Assembly: GCF_018350175.1 (NCBI RefSeq)
Contig: NC_058369.1
Span: forward strand, 18,166,001 to 18,230,000
DNA from: Felis catus
Lineage: Eukaryota
Length of the DNA: 64,000 nucleotides
Direction of reading: 5' to 3'
A model generated the notes under the pieces. It searched no databases and was not told the origin of the DNA. It saw only the letters and a program-made list of their open reading frames with translations. The position numbers and the translations under genes were made by a program. Of the stretch, positions 27,301-54,100 are shown piece after piece. Each line of letters opens with the position of its first letter. Position 1 is the first letter of the stretch.

Positions 27301-29953
27301 AGAAGTCCTCCTCCTGCACTCTCAAGGACACACAGTCCCCATAAGTTAGATGAAGCTGTGGCCATCCTGTGCCAACCAAGGTGTCAGCCATTCTGAACTT
27401 CTGTGTGGACTTCTGCTCTTTTCTCCTTTCTCTGTACCCTGTAGTGGGAAAACCACAACAAGAGCTTGCAGCTGGAGGCACAGACGTACCAGCGGATTCA
27501 TGAAAAGATTCAGGAGAGGGTCATGAATAATCTGGGGACATGGATCGACTGGCAGTACCTACAGAATGCTGCCAAGCTCTTGGCTAAGGTGTGTACCACC
27601 TCACTCTTCTGATCCCTGGTCCAGCGCCTGTCCCTGTTAGGCCCAAACCTCTGAGGATGGGAAACATTGTATGGGGCAAGGGAACGCAGCGCTGTGTACA
27701 GCTCTGCACACTTCTGCTTATGGGCCCATGTTTCCTTGGGCTGTGTCCCCTGAGGACCCAGCCTGCTGCAGGCAGTGGGGGGCACTTCCAAGAAGAGGAT
27801 TCCACTGCCTCTACTCCAGGGAAGGAACTGCAAGCCCTTTTCTAGTTCTCCTTAGGGAGAACTCAAACTCTTTTCTTCTTTTGTCTCATCCACTCATCAC
27901 TCAGAGGGAGCTAAGAGATTGTGTGTGTGGACTCTGATGTCCGACTCGAGGGAGGAGCCTTTGAGGCAGCTGCTGGTAATAAATCAGAGTTTAAAAAAGG
28001 AACTGTGGGTTCTTCTGTGACCATTTTTATTTCAGCTTTTCCCATGTTATCTCCCAATTAATCCGTGATTGAGCTTGGCCTCATTTCTTTTGGGCCCACA
28101 CCTACAGGGCCAGGGCCAGGGCCAGGCTAACTCGCATGGTAGGGTAAGAATTGTGGGAGCTGCCTGAGATGCATGCGGGTTAGGTTCACAGGCACAGGTG
28201 CCTTCTCTCTCTCCTATTGCAGTGCCGATACACCCTGCAGTACACTTACCCATACGCGTACTACATGGAGTCTGGACCCAGGAAGAAATTGGTAAGGCCA
28301 GGCAGTCCTCTGCTCTGCCCTCTTAGCTTCACAGGTGCCCTTGTCTACTAGCACTTTCCAGGAGAGTGGGGACCAGACTCTAGCTATTGGGAGGGCAGAA
28401 CAAAACTGTCAGTTTTTTTAAATATATATTTATTTTATTTTATTTTATTTTATTTTATTTTATTTTATTTTATTTTATTTTATTTCATTTCATTTTATTT
28501 CATTTTATTTATATCCAAGTTAGTTAGCATATAGTGCAATAATGATTTCAGGAGTAGATTCCAGTGATTCATCCCCTAAAAGCTGTCAGTTTTTGAAGTT
28601 CACTTCTCCTCTAGGCATCTTTAAATAGACTGCATGCCCTGGCATTCTGTGTAATAGTAAGGTAGATATGTCAAAGCCCCTGAACAGCTATATTTATAGG
28701 GCAATTGGCTAAAAAGCTCTGTGGTCACTTGGAAGGCCAGCGCCCATGCCTGGGAGGATCTCCAGCATGCATGTCTCTGAATTATAGTGGACTCTTTTAC
28801 ATCTTTAATTCTGTATCTTAGATATGGGTTATTTCCCCCAATTATAAAGTAATTCACATTTATTTAAATGTTGGAAAACATAGAAAAACATTTGCATCAT
28901 CCATAATCCCACCAGAAGGAAATGGCCACTGTTAGCATTTTTCAGCCTTTTAGAATTATTTTTATCTATTTAATGTTAATTATATATGTCGCATTCAGTT
29001 GTTATAACTGCTTATTGTTGCAGTTGTCATTATTTACCAGGCTGGTAAATACCGGTTTTAATAATAGGATAAATGACTTGTTATATTGTCATACCATCAT
29101 TTGGGCATTTATTGTTTCTGACTTTCATTATTACAAATAAGACATTGAGGAACATTTTGTGTATAATTGTACAATGGGTATACAATTACTAAGTCAGATG
29201 GTTTGAGTATTTTTAAGACTTGAAGAGCTGAAAAACTGAAAGATTCTGTGAACGCCATGTCTGTGAAGATCCATTGTGATTTGCTTCTGCAACATCTGTT
29301 TCCCTGTATGTTGGGAGCATTCTTTTCAATGGCTTAAATTTTCCCCCTGTCTTTTGGGGTAGAGGGTGAGTGTAGCCTTGCCACTTGGCTGTGCTCCTCG
29401 GGTAGCCTTTTGATCGGGTTCTGGCTCTGGCTCCAGGAACTAACTCTGCTCGCTGAGGACAGTATCAGGGTTGTCGGTAGCTCTTGCGAGCCTGAGGTGC
29501 TGCGTCTGCCCCTCCATCTGCAGGCCCCGCCCCGGCTGCAGCCCCTCTCCTTTTGACCCTCCTGCTCTGCCCATACAGTTTGAATACCAGCAGGCTCAGC
29601 TGGAGGCTGAGATTGAAAACCTGTCATGGAAAGTGGAGCGCGCAGACAGCTATGACAGAGGGGTAAGTGCTGCCCTCTTGTTGGCCCTTCTGTTGCAGGC
29701 CAGGGAGGACTGCCGTGTTAAAAGTGACAGGGTTGTTAGCATGCGGCCCAGAAGCTGCTGCTGAGAAGGGTGGGGAGGGCAGAACCTTTGACTCCTCATA
29801 GCCCCTGACATGGTGGACATGGCTTTGGCTGCTCCCTGCGTGGGACGGCCGTGTGAGCACCATCTTGCTTTCCTGCTGCAGGACTTAGAGAACCAGATGC
29901 ACATAGCAGAGCAGCGGAGGAGAACCCTGCTGAAGGATTTCCATGACACCTAG
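12302..29953 (+). CDS. ARIH2: E3 ubiquitin-protein ligase ARIH2/TRIAD1 (RBR family), 5'-partial, multi-exon
   Basis: AG/GT-bounded exons: 12302-12369 ([23 protein letters not shown]), 17355-17418, 18968-19118 (RING1 [15 protein letters not shown]), 20442-20563, [IBR exon not visible, probably in N gap 21996-22167], 23576-23693, 24693-24743 (RING2 CPKC..GGCNHM), 24834-24855, 26711-26862, 27445-27588, 28223-28291, 29579-29662, 29882-29953 (..DFHDT, TAG). Phases are consistent except across the missing exon. The first coding exon was not seen in the window. Confidence 0.97.
12944..13470. mobile_element. MER20-like DNA transposon, split by a SINE (13078-13280, +) and an L1-like fragment
   Basis: agggtttct..cctcagcact..ccattttgggatagataactctttg, continuing at gatactgccaaat..ggtgagaatcactg. 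Confidence 0.55.
14030..15372. mobile_element. SINE cluster, including a + strand young SINEC_Fc (14455-14680) between - strand copies
   Basis: Five SINEC copies (about 14030-14228, 14235-14432, 14455-14680, 14690-14887, 15165-15372). Confidence 0.88.
16057..17005 (-). mobile_element. SINE cluster (five copies, including young SINEC_Fc at about 16465-16690)
   Basis: Repeated SINEC heads and poly-T tails. Confidence 0.85.
19645..20226 (-). mobile_element. SINE cluster (three copies)
   Basis: SINEC motifs at about 19645-19816, 19822-19933 and 19995-20226. Confidence 0.85.
20664..20872 (-). mobile_element. Carnivore SINE
   Basis: SINEC body with (AG)n tract and poly-T tail. Confidence 0.85.
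21996..22167. other. Assembly gap (172 N); other gaps at 1101-1296, 7547-7683, 36164-36311
   Basis: N runs in the sequence. Confidence 0.99.
22833..22860. repeat. (GT)n microsatellite
   Basis: Dinucleotide run. Confidence 0.85.
23023..23135 (+). repeat. Diverged local duplicate of an ARIH2 3' splice site and exon start
   Basis: 23028.. ttggcttggataaaaggaaattaaaaacac..ttctgattttaagtttcaggcatcgtcagatgtatcatgc versus 23495.. ttggcttggacagaaggaaaattgaaaacat..ttctggttttaagtttcaagtgtcgtcagatgtatcacgc. Confidence 0.8.
28428..28510. repeat. (TTTTA)n microsatellite
   Basis: About 16 pentamer units, a few with TTTCA variants. Confidence 0.9.
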
Positions 29954-30335
29954 GTGGGACATGGGCGTGCTGGAGTGAGGAAGATGTGGCTGCGAGGCCT
30001 CCTGGCTGCCGTACTGCATGCTGCAGGCTCTGCCTTTCACGACCCCAGGCAACAGCCAGGGCCCCACTCCTGAGAGACACTGGCCGCACACCTCTTAGTC
30101 CACTTCTGTTTTCTTCTCATCTTTTTGCTTTTTGTTTTTACCAGGGTAGAGGCCATGTTGAATTGGCCTCTTTTCAGGACTTTTAATTCCCCCTGGATGG
30201 TTGTTGGGAGGGAGGGAAAGTTTTTTCTGAATGACTATTAATAGTATTAGATCATTACAACTTATGTAATTTTCAAAAGTTGTATAATTATACAAAAAAA
30301 AGCAAACCATAGAATTACACAGAACCCTTTTTAAA

Positions 30336-30341
30336 AATAAA
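30336..30341 (+). terminator. ARIH2: ARIH2 proximal polyadenylation signal AATAAA
   Basis: AATAAA about 380 nt after the stop codon, followed by GT/T-rich sequence. Confidence 0.55.
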
Positions 30342-32217
30342 TTGGCAATGGAGTGTTTTACCCTCTAGCTATTTTACTTAGAATATAACATTTGCTGCCT
30401 GCCCCCACTGCCTCAGAATGTCTACTGTAAGAGGGCCCCAGGGGTCTCTGTTTTTGGATTCTCATGTGTCTGGCCACAGCTGGTGTCCCAAGGGAAGAAC
30501 GTGGGTGGCAGATGGTGGGGAATGGAGTTGGCCTGTGTAATGGGCACGGAACGCAGAGAATCACATCATGCCTTCTGCCTGGTCCTTAGAGGCCTTTTAG
30601 TGGTTGGATGCACCTGCCTCACCTTGCAGTGAGGAGATAATACAGAAAAGGGCCTTGTCACAGGGTGTCATTGTCTGATGGCACTATGTGTCTGTGAGCT
30701 CATCTTTCTTCCAGGTTTACCTGGGTCTGGCTACTGAGACCAGCCCACAGCAAAGCATAGGTGAGCTTGTGGCCCTCCAGACCAGGGGATGTGAGTTCAG
30801 CACAGTTGTTTCATTTTGTCTCCTAAAGATAGAGATCTACTTTTAAAGGGAATTATTCCCCCAAACAAATTTGTTTTACCTTGGTCCCTTCTTTTGTGCC
30901 AGTGTTCTGGTGGTGTAACTAACCAGGTTCACAGATGGCCATTCATAACCTGACACTGTCCTGCTACACTGTTCTCTGGTGAACTTCAGGGTCAGAGTTC
31001 AGCATGGCCCTCCCAAGGGCACTGGTATTCCTGCCTCAGGGGCCTTGTTTGCACACGTGGTTTTTATGTTATCTGGAGTGTGTTCTGTGGCTGCTCTGGA
31101 GGGTTGGGTGCTCTCCCACTTGCCTGGGTTTAGCTGTTGGAGGACACCATCTCTGGGGTCTGGGAGTCTTGAGGCCAGGAGAGTCCTTGGTTTGTAGTCT
31201 CAGCTATGATGCTAGAAGGGCTGGTCAGGGGAGAAGGCCAGCTTTTGCACAGTAGAGTACAAAGGAACAGGTGGTTTGTGTGGTGTCCTGCCTGTCCTGA
31301 GCCTGGTCCTATGGGCCTTTTAAAAGTTACTTTTGTGATTCCTGGGGTTTCTGTGACTTTGTTCACTGCCTCCCCTCTGAGGCTGTCCATACTCGACAGG
31401 GCCTCCTTAACCTCTTAGAAGAGTTGCTTGGGAGATCTGTGAATATTATTTTGGAAGTTCTTTGATATTCAAACATTTTCACCTTGGTCAGCAATTTCCC
31501 AGGTATCATGTTAGCTGTAAACTGAATCACTCTTGAAGATAGAAGACAGCTGTGACTCTTGGGATCATGGGGTACACAGCTGGCTACAGGCTCCCTCTCT
31601 TCCTGTCAGGTCCTGTCTCTTTCTGTCACCTACAGGGAGGAACTGTGGGGTGGAGTGGGAACACAGGCTAGGAGGGCAGCAAATGAGCCCAGAATTGGAA
31701 CAGTGGGGAGCTCACTGAAGGAGGAACATGCCTGCTTGCAGGACCTCGGGGTGGGTGTCAATGCTGCATTGACACGTGGAAGATCCTGGCGTCTGGAGCC
31801 TTTACCTCTCTTACCAAGTCCTTTCCATGTCACCACCGTGGCACAGGACCGGTGTTGCAGCTCTGCGCCTTAAGTCACACCGTGGGCATCCCTGGGCATT
31901 GTTTGGACTGCACGGCTGCCACGTAGTGCACTTGTACCCAGCTGTGGCCCCCAACCACTAGAGCTGTAGGAGGTTCTGTGCCCAGACAGTAGCCTGCAGC
32001 CCTTGACCTGTGGAGAGCTTCCTTTTGTGTCCCCAGTAGCTGTCCTTTGCTAACATCATCAGGAAAATGAGAAAGATCAGGCAGAATTTTTCTGCCCTAC
32101 AAAGGATGGAAGATAAAGGAAGGCACAGTGTTTTCATGAATTTACCATATATCTTTGTTTTCTTCAAAGAAAAAATTGAGGCAATGTCATCTGCTCAATG
32201 TTGAGTGGTTTATTCAA

Positions 32218-32223
32218 AATAAA
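32218..32223 (+). terminator. ARIH2: ARIH2 distal polyadenylation signal AATAAA
   Basis: AATAAA about 2.3 kb after the stop codon, at the end of a repeat-poor, UTR-like stretch. Confidence 0.55.
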
Positions 32224-33350
32224 CTGAAAGTTTCTGATTATAAAACTGTGTAGGGTCTTTCTTCCAAGGATGTAAGTAACCTGAGCCAATATCCCAGGGG
32301 ATTCTGGCCAGTGAGCACCAAATGGGGGTCTTCCTGCTGATCAGTTCCATCCTCTAGAGAGCTGGGAAGAACCCACTGGCCTCTGTTCTGCCTTCTCTGG
32401 CTTGCTGGCGAGAGGGCATCCAGAGGTAAGTGGAATATCCTGGCAGTTTTTGCTCTCCTCCCCCTCCCTGGGTTGCAAGTCATACCATTCCCCCCACCAC
32501 ACACAGATCCTGGGATTGTAGCAGACTACCAGTGGGAATGCCCCACAGCTGCTGCTGAGGCCCTGAGCCCCTCATCCAGAAGACCCCCTGGGTCCCTGCA
32601 AAGCAGATGTGGAAGCCTAGGGTTATACAGTATGGCAGGGGTGTTGTGGCTTCACAGGGGCTCTGGTGTTACAAAGAGAGGACCCTAGACAGAAACCTGA
32701 GTGCACAGAGTTTAATCCCAAGGATTGAGGACAGGAAATGGAGTTTGGGTTCTGATCGAGTGGGTCCACGCTTGTGGTGGGAATAGTGGCAGCAACTTCA
32801 GTGATAGCTCAGGGGTGAAGGCTCCAAAGCTGTGGGCAGCATGCAGAGGGCAGGCAAGGCCAGAGAGGCCCTAGACCCTGCCAATCTGAACGCCACAGCT
32901 GCTCATCCCTGGGCCTCGGATGCGCCACACCCCATGCACGGCACTGGGCATACAGTGGTGTGCAAAAGATCCATGGGTTTTACCTGCTCAGAGCCTCCAG
33001 AACATGGGGGACACGGATGGAATTGATCACTATACCATTAGAGATCTTAAAAGAACAAGAGATAACACATTCTGGCTAGAGGAGGGATTTTCCAGGTAAG
33101 TCTCCAGGGTTCATGCAACAATCAGCATTGTCTCTGCCCTGTTTTGGGTACTGAGGACACAGCTATTGGCTTTGGCTTGTTAGGCCAGTTTCTGTCCCTA
33201 CAAGATAATCACACTTAAGGATTACTGAGCACATAGCCCATTTAGTCCTCTGAGACACCTAGGCGCCCCAGGACATCCACCCTCTTAAGGTGAGCCAGCC
33301 TGAGCAGTGAGAAACCTTATGGTCCTTTTAAAAATAATAAATTTAAAAAT

Positions 33351-33640
33351 GGGGCACCCGGCTGGCTCAGTCGGTAGAGGATGCGACGCTTATCTCAGGA
33401 TCATGAGTTCAGGCCTCACGTTGGGTTTGGAACCTACTTAAAAAAAGAAAGAGGGGCACCTGGGTTGTTCAGTCTGTTAAGCGTCCAACTTCGGCTCAGG
33501 TCGTGATCTCACAGCTCTTGGGTTTGAGCCCCACATCAGGCTTAGTGCTGGCAGCTCAGAGCCTGGAGCCTGCTTTGGATTCTGTTTCCATCGCTCTCTG
33601 CCCCTCCCCCACTCACTCTCTCAGAAAATAACATTAAAAA
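33351..33640 (+). mobile_element. Two carnivore SINEs
   Basis: ggggcacc..gctcagtcggt heads with A-rich tails. Confidence 0.8.
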
Positions 33641-35209
33641 GAAAGGAGGAAGGAAGGGAGGGAGGGAGACCTTATGGCCCTTAGGTGCCAAAAGGAACAT
33701 GAGTTTTAAAAGGCCAAGGAGTTAGCTCATATCATGGTTGTGAAATTCCCACAACCAACAGCAGGTGGAGCAGAAATAAGCAATGAGCATCCTCTCCTAT
33801 CCCCCTTCCCCTTCCACTGAGCTCCAACAGGCTTGCTTGCCTTCTGTGGTCTGGTGATGAGTTAAAGAAGGAGCTGTGCATGGCAGTGGGCATAACTCAC
33901 TTGGATACAGGAGACAGGAGATAGGAATATAGGAGAATGGTTCAGAAAAAATGAGCAGTATGAAGATTTTGAAGTGATCTAATTATAGATATTAAAAGGC
34001 TAAAGAGGAAATGGTCTCAACGTTCATTCATGGGTACCAGAAAATAATGACATCCTTGATTAAACTGTGACTCAGTTGTTGTTTTTCACATTAAAGAATT
34101 TAGAAGATTAATACAATTGGGGGGGAATTTTGTTTACAATTGTTCTGTGTACATGGAAGTTGAGAGACTTCTGACCTAACTGGAGTAAAGACAAGCTGCA
34201 GGAAATCTGGACACTTTGAAGTTGGTAATAGAGTTTTCTTCCTTTTGAATCAAAAACATTTCTTTTGTGACCATTCTAGTATGTATTTACTTATTTTTAG
34301 AATTCGTTTCAGGGAGCAGGGCCAGGCCCTCACTGCCTCTGTCTTCACCTCCATGCACAGGGAGTCCAGGCTTACCTGGTTACCCACAGAACTGTCAGTT
34401 CCCACTCCGTCTGGAACGGGATGCTCGACCAGTGGTGGTGTTTGGTCAGCATCCCAACTTTGGCTGAGCCTTTGAGCCGTAACAGTTCCCATTACCACCT
34501 GGCCCTCTTCCCCTCTTAGAAATGTCCAGAATGTCTCCTTTGGTTGAGCAGTGTTTCTCTGTAGTATCCTAAGGAGATTGACAAAATGGTCCCTGAGGGT
34601 GGCTGGACGAGATGCACCCATGTGCTTGAGCACTGGTGAAACTTTCTGTTGTGCGTAAAATCTCTGAGAGAAAGAGGTGGCCATTCAAGCCCCCGGCCCG
34701 CTCTACTGGAGAGACCAGAAAATGCAGACTCCACTTTTCTAGAAGGAAATAGGGAGAGGGGGTGTATTAACAGAGTAGAGAGAAGCCACTAGTGGGACTT
34801 GCCTCAGTGGTGTTGCTCTTGTCTGCATGTCGGCTTCTGTTCTGGGGCATGTGCATCTCTGCCTGAGAATAACCCAGTCCTAGAAGAGCAGGGAACATGA
34901 AAATGCCTAGGCTTTGGCACTTGGGCACTGGTATGTCCTCCCACCTCCATACCTGGTGATAATCTGAGTTTAATCTTCCTCTGAGGTGATGATGTCTCAA
35001 TTATACAAAAGTCCCTTTCTCCCTCTTCACCTGTGCCAGGTTTGAGGCAAGGAATGTTCCTGTGCACCTGAGTACCTGCTTGCATTGCTGCACGTTACTT
35101 ACTGTTCAGGGTTTGAGCTTCCTGGTGTCAGGACTTCTTCAGAAGCCCTCTCTGACTACTCCAGACCAGATGCCACAGTCTACGCGTGTATGTGGCATCA
35201 AGCAGCTTC

Positions 35210-35406
35210 TTTTTTTTTTTTTTAAGTTAATTTATTTACAGAAAGAGGGTGCACGCGTGGGGGAGGGGCAGGGAGAATCCCAAGCAGCCTCCCTGTCAGG
35301 GCAGAGCCCAATGCAGGGCTCCACGCAATCCCACCAATCATGAGATCATGACCTGAGCCGAAATCGGGAGTCAGCCGCTTAACCCACTGAGCCACCTAGG
35401 CACCCC
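35210..35406 (-). mobile_element. Carnivore SINE
   Basis: SINEC motifs. Confidence 0.8.
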
Positions 35407-35859
35407 ATCATCAGGCAGCTTAAGCCCTTACTGCTATGTTTCTGTGTGAGGTCCAGACTGACAGAGTGGACCTCCAAGGCGTTCTTGGCCTCCTACGCTG
35501 GCGAGCATCAGTGCCTAAATCTGTGGATCCTACGCCATCACATGCGCAGTCATCGGCCTCCTTGGCGCCCCCAAACCGCCGCATTATTGAGTCATCTTTT
35601 GGCACCGTCTCCTCGCTGCCACCCTACTCCCCGGAATGAGAAAACGCAGACCATACATTTCCAGAAAGAGGGAAGCGCATCTTAACCAGGGGACGGAGAA
35701 ACTTCTAATGGGGTTTCCTTTAACAGTGCTGCTCTTGTCCGCATCTCCATTGGGAGTGGGGGGCGATCGGCTTCTACCCTGGGAAGTGATTATCTCCTCC
35801 TGACGATAATCCAGCCCAGGAAGAGAAACTCCCAGGTGGGCCGGGTCCAGGGCGCAAAG

Positions 35860-50042
<14,183 letters not shown>

Positions 50043-50244
50043 GGGGAGTGTTGGCCCCAGCCCCCAGCCACAGGCTGCCCGCCGCCCCAGACGGGGGGTT
50101 GGGGGTGAGACCCGCCTTTCCCCTGTCCAGATGCAGGCCAAAGGCCTGGCTGATGTCTTGCCCCATTCCTGCCTCCAGCCGCGACTAGGGCACAGTTCCT
50201 ACATTCGTGTTATTTATTGTGTACAGACCTATGCTGCCCCCTAA

Positions 50245-50250
50245 AATAAA
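50245..50250 (+). terminator. P4HTM: P4HTM polyadenylation signal AATAAA
   Basis: AATAAA about 200 nt after the TGA, preceded by TGTA. Confidence 0.8.
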
Positions 50251-50259
50251 ACCACACGG

Positions 50260-51100
50260 CTTTGAGCCGCTGGGCCCCCGAAGCAGCGGGTCGGGCCGGG
50301 GGAGGGGGAGGTAGATTGGGCCAGTACCAGCCCGCCGCTGCGCTTGGAGAGCGTCACGCCAGGGGGAGGGGCGAGGGCGGCCTCGCCAATGACGGGCTGG
50401 ATTGCGTGAGGCGAAGGGTCGTGATTGGACATCGGCAGCGGGGGACCCTGGGCTCCGCTACCTGTTGCTAAGGCCGCTGTAGATCGGCTCTGCTGCGTGC
50501 GAGGAAGGCTCGTCTCGCGAGAGCTCAGCTCCCTTCTTGGCCAGGGCAGCCGCAGCAGCAGGAGGACGGACATGGACGCTCACGAGGACTACGTTTGGCC
50601 GCGGGCAACCTCCGAGCTCATACTCCTCCCGGTCACGGGTCTGGAGTGCGTGGGGGATCGGCTGTTGGCGGGTGAGGTTTGGGTTGAAGCGCATGCTAGT
50701 GGAGAAGAAACCGTGCGCTCGCGTGGGGCGGGACCGTGAGAACAAAGGGATACCCCCAAGGAGGAGGACGGGCGGCGGGATGAAGCCCGACCGAGGGGGG
50801 CGGGAGCCCAGGAGATGGCGGGCAGGAGACCCAGCCGGAGGAGCCCTGGAGACAAAAAAAAAAAAACCGATGTGGCTACTGAGTCCCTTCATAGTCTGCA
50901 GCCGACGTGGAAAGAGCGATGGGGCTGCGGGAAAGTGCAGGGAAACGCAGTGATTTCGGAGGCGGAGCATGGAGGGCGAGCGGTGTGTGGCCCCTTCCTG
51001 GAGTGGGGGGGGGGGGTTGGGATGAGCCGACCCCAAGGTGGGCGGTCCTGAGGGCGGGACCCGGTGGCGGGGGTGTGGCCTCAGGGCTGTGTGAGGCTTC
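50260..51100 (+). promoter_or_regulatory. CpG island / WDR6 promoter
   Basis: CCAAT/ATTGG boxes (50315, 50386, 50424), TGACG half-CRE (50390), GC boxes, perfect TCTCGCGAGA element 50513-50522. Confidence 0.8.
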
Positions 51101-54100
51101 TCCGTGGAAGGTGGGGAGGACCAGATTGAGTGGCGGGAAACTAGAGATGAGACCTTTTTGAGTGACCCAATGCTTGGGGAGGCAGACGCTAAGGCCCCTT
51201 CCGAGATGGTTGCGTCCAGGAATTCCGATGTTGATGCTTCTTGGGGGAAGGTCAGGTCAAGAAGCATAGGCCATCAAAGCCCTGAGACCTGAGGCAGCAG
51301 ACCCTTGGGGAGCATTGAGGACTGACTGGAGGACACTAGTGATTGATGGTGGTGCTGCTGAGTTTTTTAAGGGTCCTGAGGCAGGGCTCTGTCAAGTCTT
51401 GAGTGAGCTGCTTACTATCCTAAGGGGGTGGGTATGTGTGTGTGGGGAGGGATGGCCCAGTTGTGATCTGGTGAAGGGTGGGGACTCTGGGAGTTCAAGG
51501 TGCCTACGATGGGTTAGAGTCCTAACTAAGGCTTCTGCAGGAAGAGATAGGTAGGCAGAAACCCAAAGAACCACAACAATGAGCTAGGAGAAGGGAAGCG
51601 GTGAGTTTCTGGCAGAGGGTAAACATGCCAAAGGCTTTGAGGCTGAGAATTTGTTACTTCGGGAGGAAGAGGGAATTCCTGTGAGGCTGAGCAGGGGTGG
51701 GGTGGGACAAGTGCTGGAGAAAGGAGCAGAGGCCAGGCTGTTTTAAGCCTAGATCTGACTTCATAGTGGTGGTGGAGAGAGGCCCCATGAAGGGTTTTAG
51801 GCAAGAAAATGACCTGGGAAATGCAGGTTAGAAAGCTCTTCAAGTGAATTCCTCTACTCCAGTGACGTCCAGAGTGACTTTTGTATTGCTGCAATTCTCA
51901 AATTCTGTCCATGTGCACCTATAATCTGAATTTCCAGCCCTCTTTGCTTATGAGTTCCGGGCCCAAGTGCACAGATGCCTTCAATTTGAAATATTCCTAC
52001 TGGGTGCTCCAGCTCAGCAGAGGGAACAACAGCCAGTCAGGTGCCTGAGTCTGAGCATCTCCCTCAGCTCCCAAGCCAGTCTGGTTGATTTTGACTTCAT
52101 ACATGTGGCCACTGTCTGTATATTGCCATCAGTTGAGGCCATGCAACTTTGTCTCCTAGACCCCCTCAGGAGCATTCTCCCAGCCTATCCTTGAGCTCTT
52201 TGTTTCTTATTCCAACCACACGACCATGCTCACCTCAGGGTCATCAGACTTGCTATTCTGTCTGCCAAGAAAGGTTCACCCATCTCCCCCATGCTTGCTC
52301 TTCCTTTGGTTACCACTGCTTATTGATTCCTCTCCGTCTATATGTTTGTTCGCAAGGTGGCCTCTCCTGACACCCAGTCTGTTTATTTTTTAATTATTAT
52401 TTTTTTAATTTTATGTTTGAGAGAGAGCACAGGGGAGGAGCAGAGAGAGGGAGACACAGGATCTGAAGCAGGCTCCATACTCTGAGCTGTCAGCACAGAG
52501 CCTGATGCAGGGCTCAAACTCACCAACTGTGTGATCATGACCTGAGCCGAAGTTAGATGCTCAACCGACTGAGCCACCCAGGTGCCCCTCACCCAGTCTG
52601 TTTAGACGAGTCTCAGTATCAGCACTTTTGACATTTTGGCCCAGATCCTTTGTGTGTGTGTGGGGGGGGGTGCTGTCTGTGCTTTGCAGGACGTTTAGGA
52701 GCATCCCTGGCTTCTACTCCTAGTTGCCAGTTAGCATAGCTCCCAGTTGTGACAACCAATGTGTCTCCAGATATTGCCAGATGTCTTCTGGAGGGAAAAT
52801 CCTCTGGAATAGATTTCCCTCTTTTATATTCTTTTTTTATTTTATTTATTTATTTTTTTAAATTTTTTTTCAACGTTTATTTATTTTTGGGACAGAGAGA
52901 GACAGAACATGAACGGGGGAGGGGCAGAGAGAGAGGGAGACACAGAATCGGAAACAGGCTCCAGGCTCCGAGCCATCAGCCCAGAGCCTGACGCGGGGCT
53001 CGAACTCGCGGACCGCGAGATCGTGACCTGGCTGAAGTCGGACGCTTAACCGACTGCGCCACCCAGGCGCCCCAACCCTCTTTTATATTCTTAAAGCAAC
53101 CTGTATAGTTCTTTCCTGGAACTTACCAGAGTTACAACAATGTAGTTTACTTGGGTGATACTGTTTATTGTCTGCCTGATGGGCAGGAGTCTGGGTCTGT
53201 GCTTGTCTTACTCACTACTCCAGCATGTAGTTAGTTCCTTGTCTGGTTTATAATTGATGCTCAGTGCACGTCTATTGAATGTCGAAAAATGGAGATTGCA
53301 AGCTAAGAATATCATGAGGAACTGTTAATGTCATCTCAGGTTAAGGTGATATCCTGGGCCAAAGTCACTGTGGTGGGGAGGATTTGCAAAATCTTTAGAA
53401 AATGAGCACTCGGAACATGAGAAGATGTGGGAAGTTTAGAGGAGTAAGTGGTGAGCTTCCTGCTTTGGGGCTGGGGCTGAGTAGAGGGTGGCAATGGTTG
53501 AGAGAACTTGAAGGTGAACTAGTAGAGTGGGGAAGTGCCTGCAAGGCAGGCAGGAGGTGGCTTAGGGTCATGGGAACCTTGGCTGTCAAAGTAGGGGCTG
53601 CCTCTCCTGGTTCTTCTCATCAGTGTTGAACATGCTCACATCTGAGCTTCAAGGAAGAAGCTTCTGGAAATCCAGAGGCGTTCTGCTGTGGCCCCAAGGT
53701 GGGAGGATCACCTTTAGGGACAGCCTCTGCCCTGGGGGAGGGGTGGGTTGGGGGGGGCGGAAGAGGGCGTGTAGAGGCAGATGAGGCTGAGGATTTGGGA
53801 GAAAGGCTGACAGGCTTCCAATGGAAGGATGAGAAGTTAGGTGGGGCGAGGAAGAGCCTGTGTTTGAGGAAGTCAGGTTGAACTGAGTATCTGAATGTCA
53901 GCATTGAAAGTCCAGCTGAAGCTGAGGCCGGGGATTGTCCAGGGTTCAAGCCTGCAGGATCGTGTGTTCTAATGCATTCGCAGGCTACATGCCTGAGTTT
54001 TCCCTGCCCTCGTCTCTTCATGACTTATCAGAGGTGAGGTTCTGATGTGGCTCTCTGCCTCTGTCTAGGTGAGGGGCCAGATGTCCTGGTGTACAGCCTC

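Noticed and set aside
34250-34684. 144-aa minus-strand intergenic ORF
   Set aside because: No recognisable domain, splice structure or promoter; length is compatible with chance.
50458-51267. 269-aa minus-strand ORF over the WDR6 promoter
   Set aside because: GC-rich antisense frame without recognisable homology.
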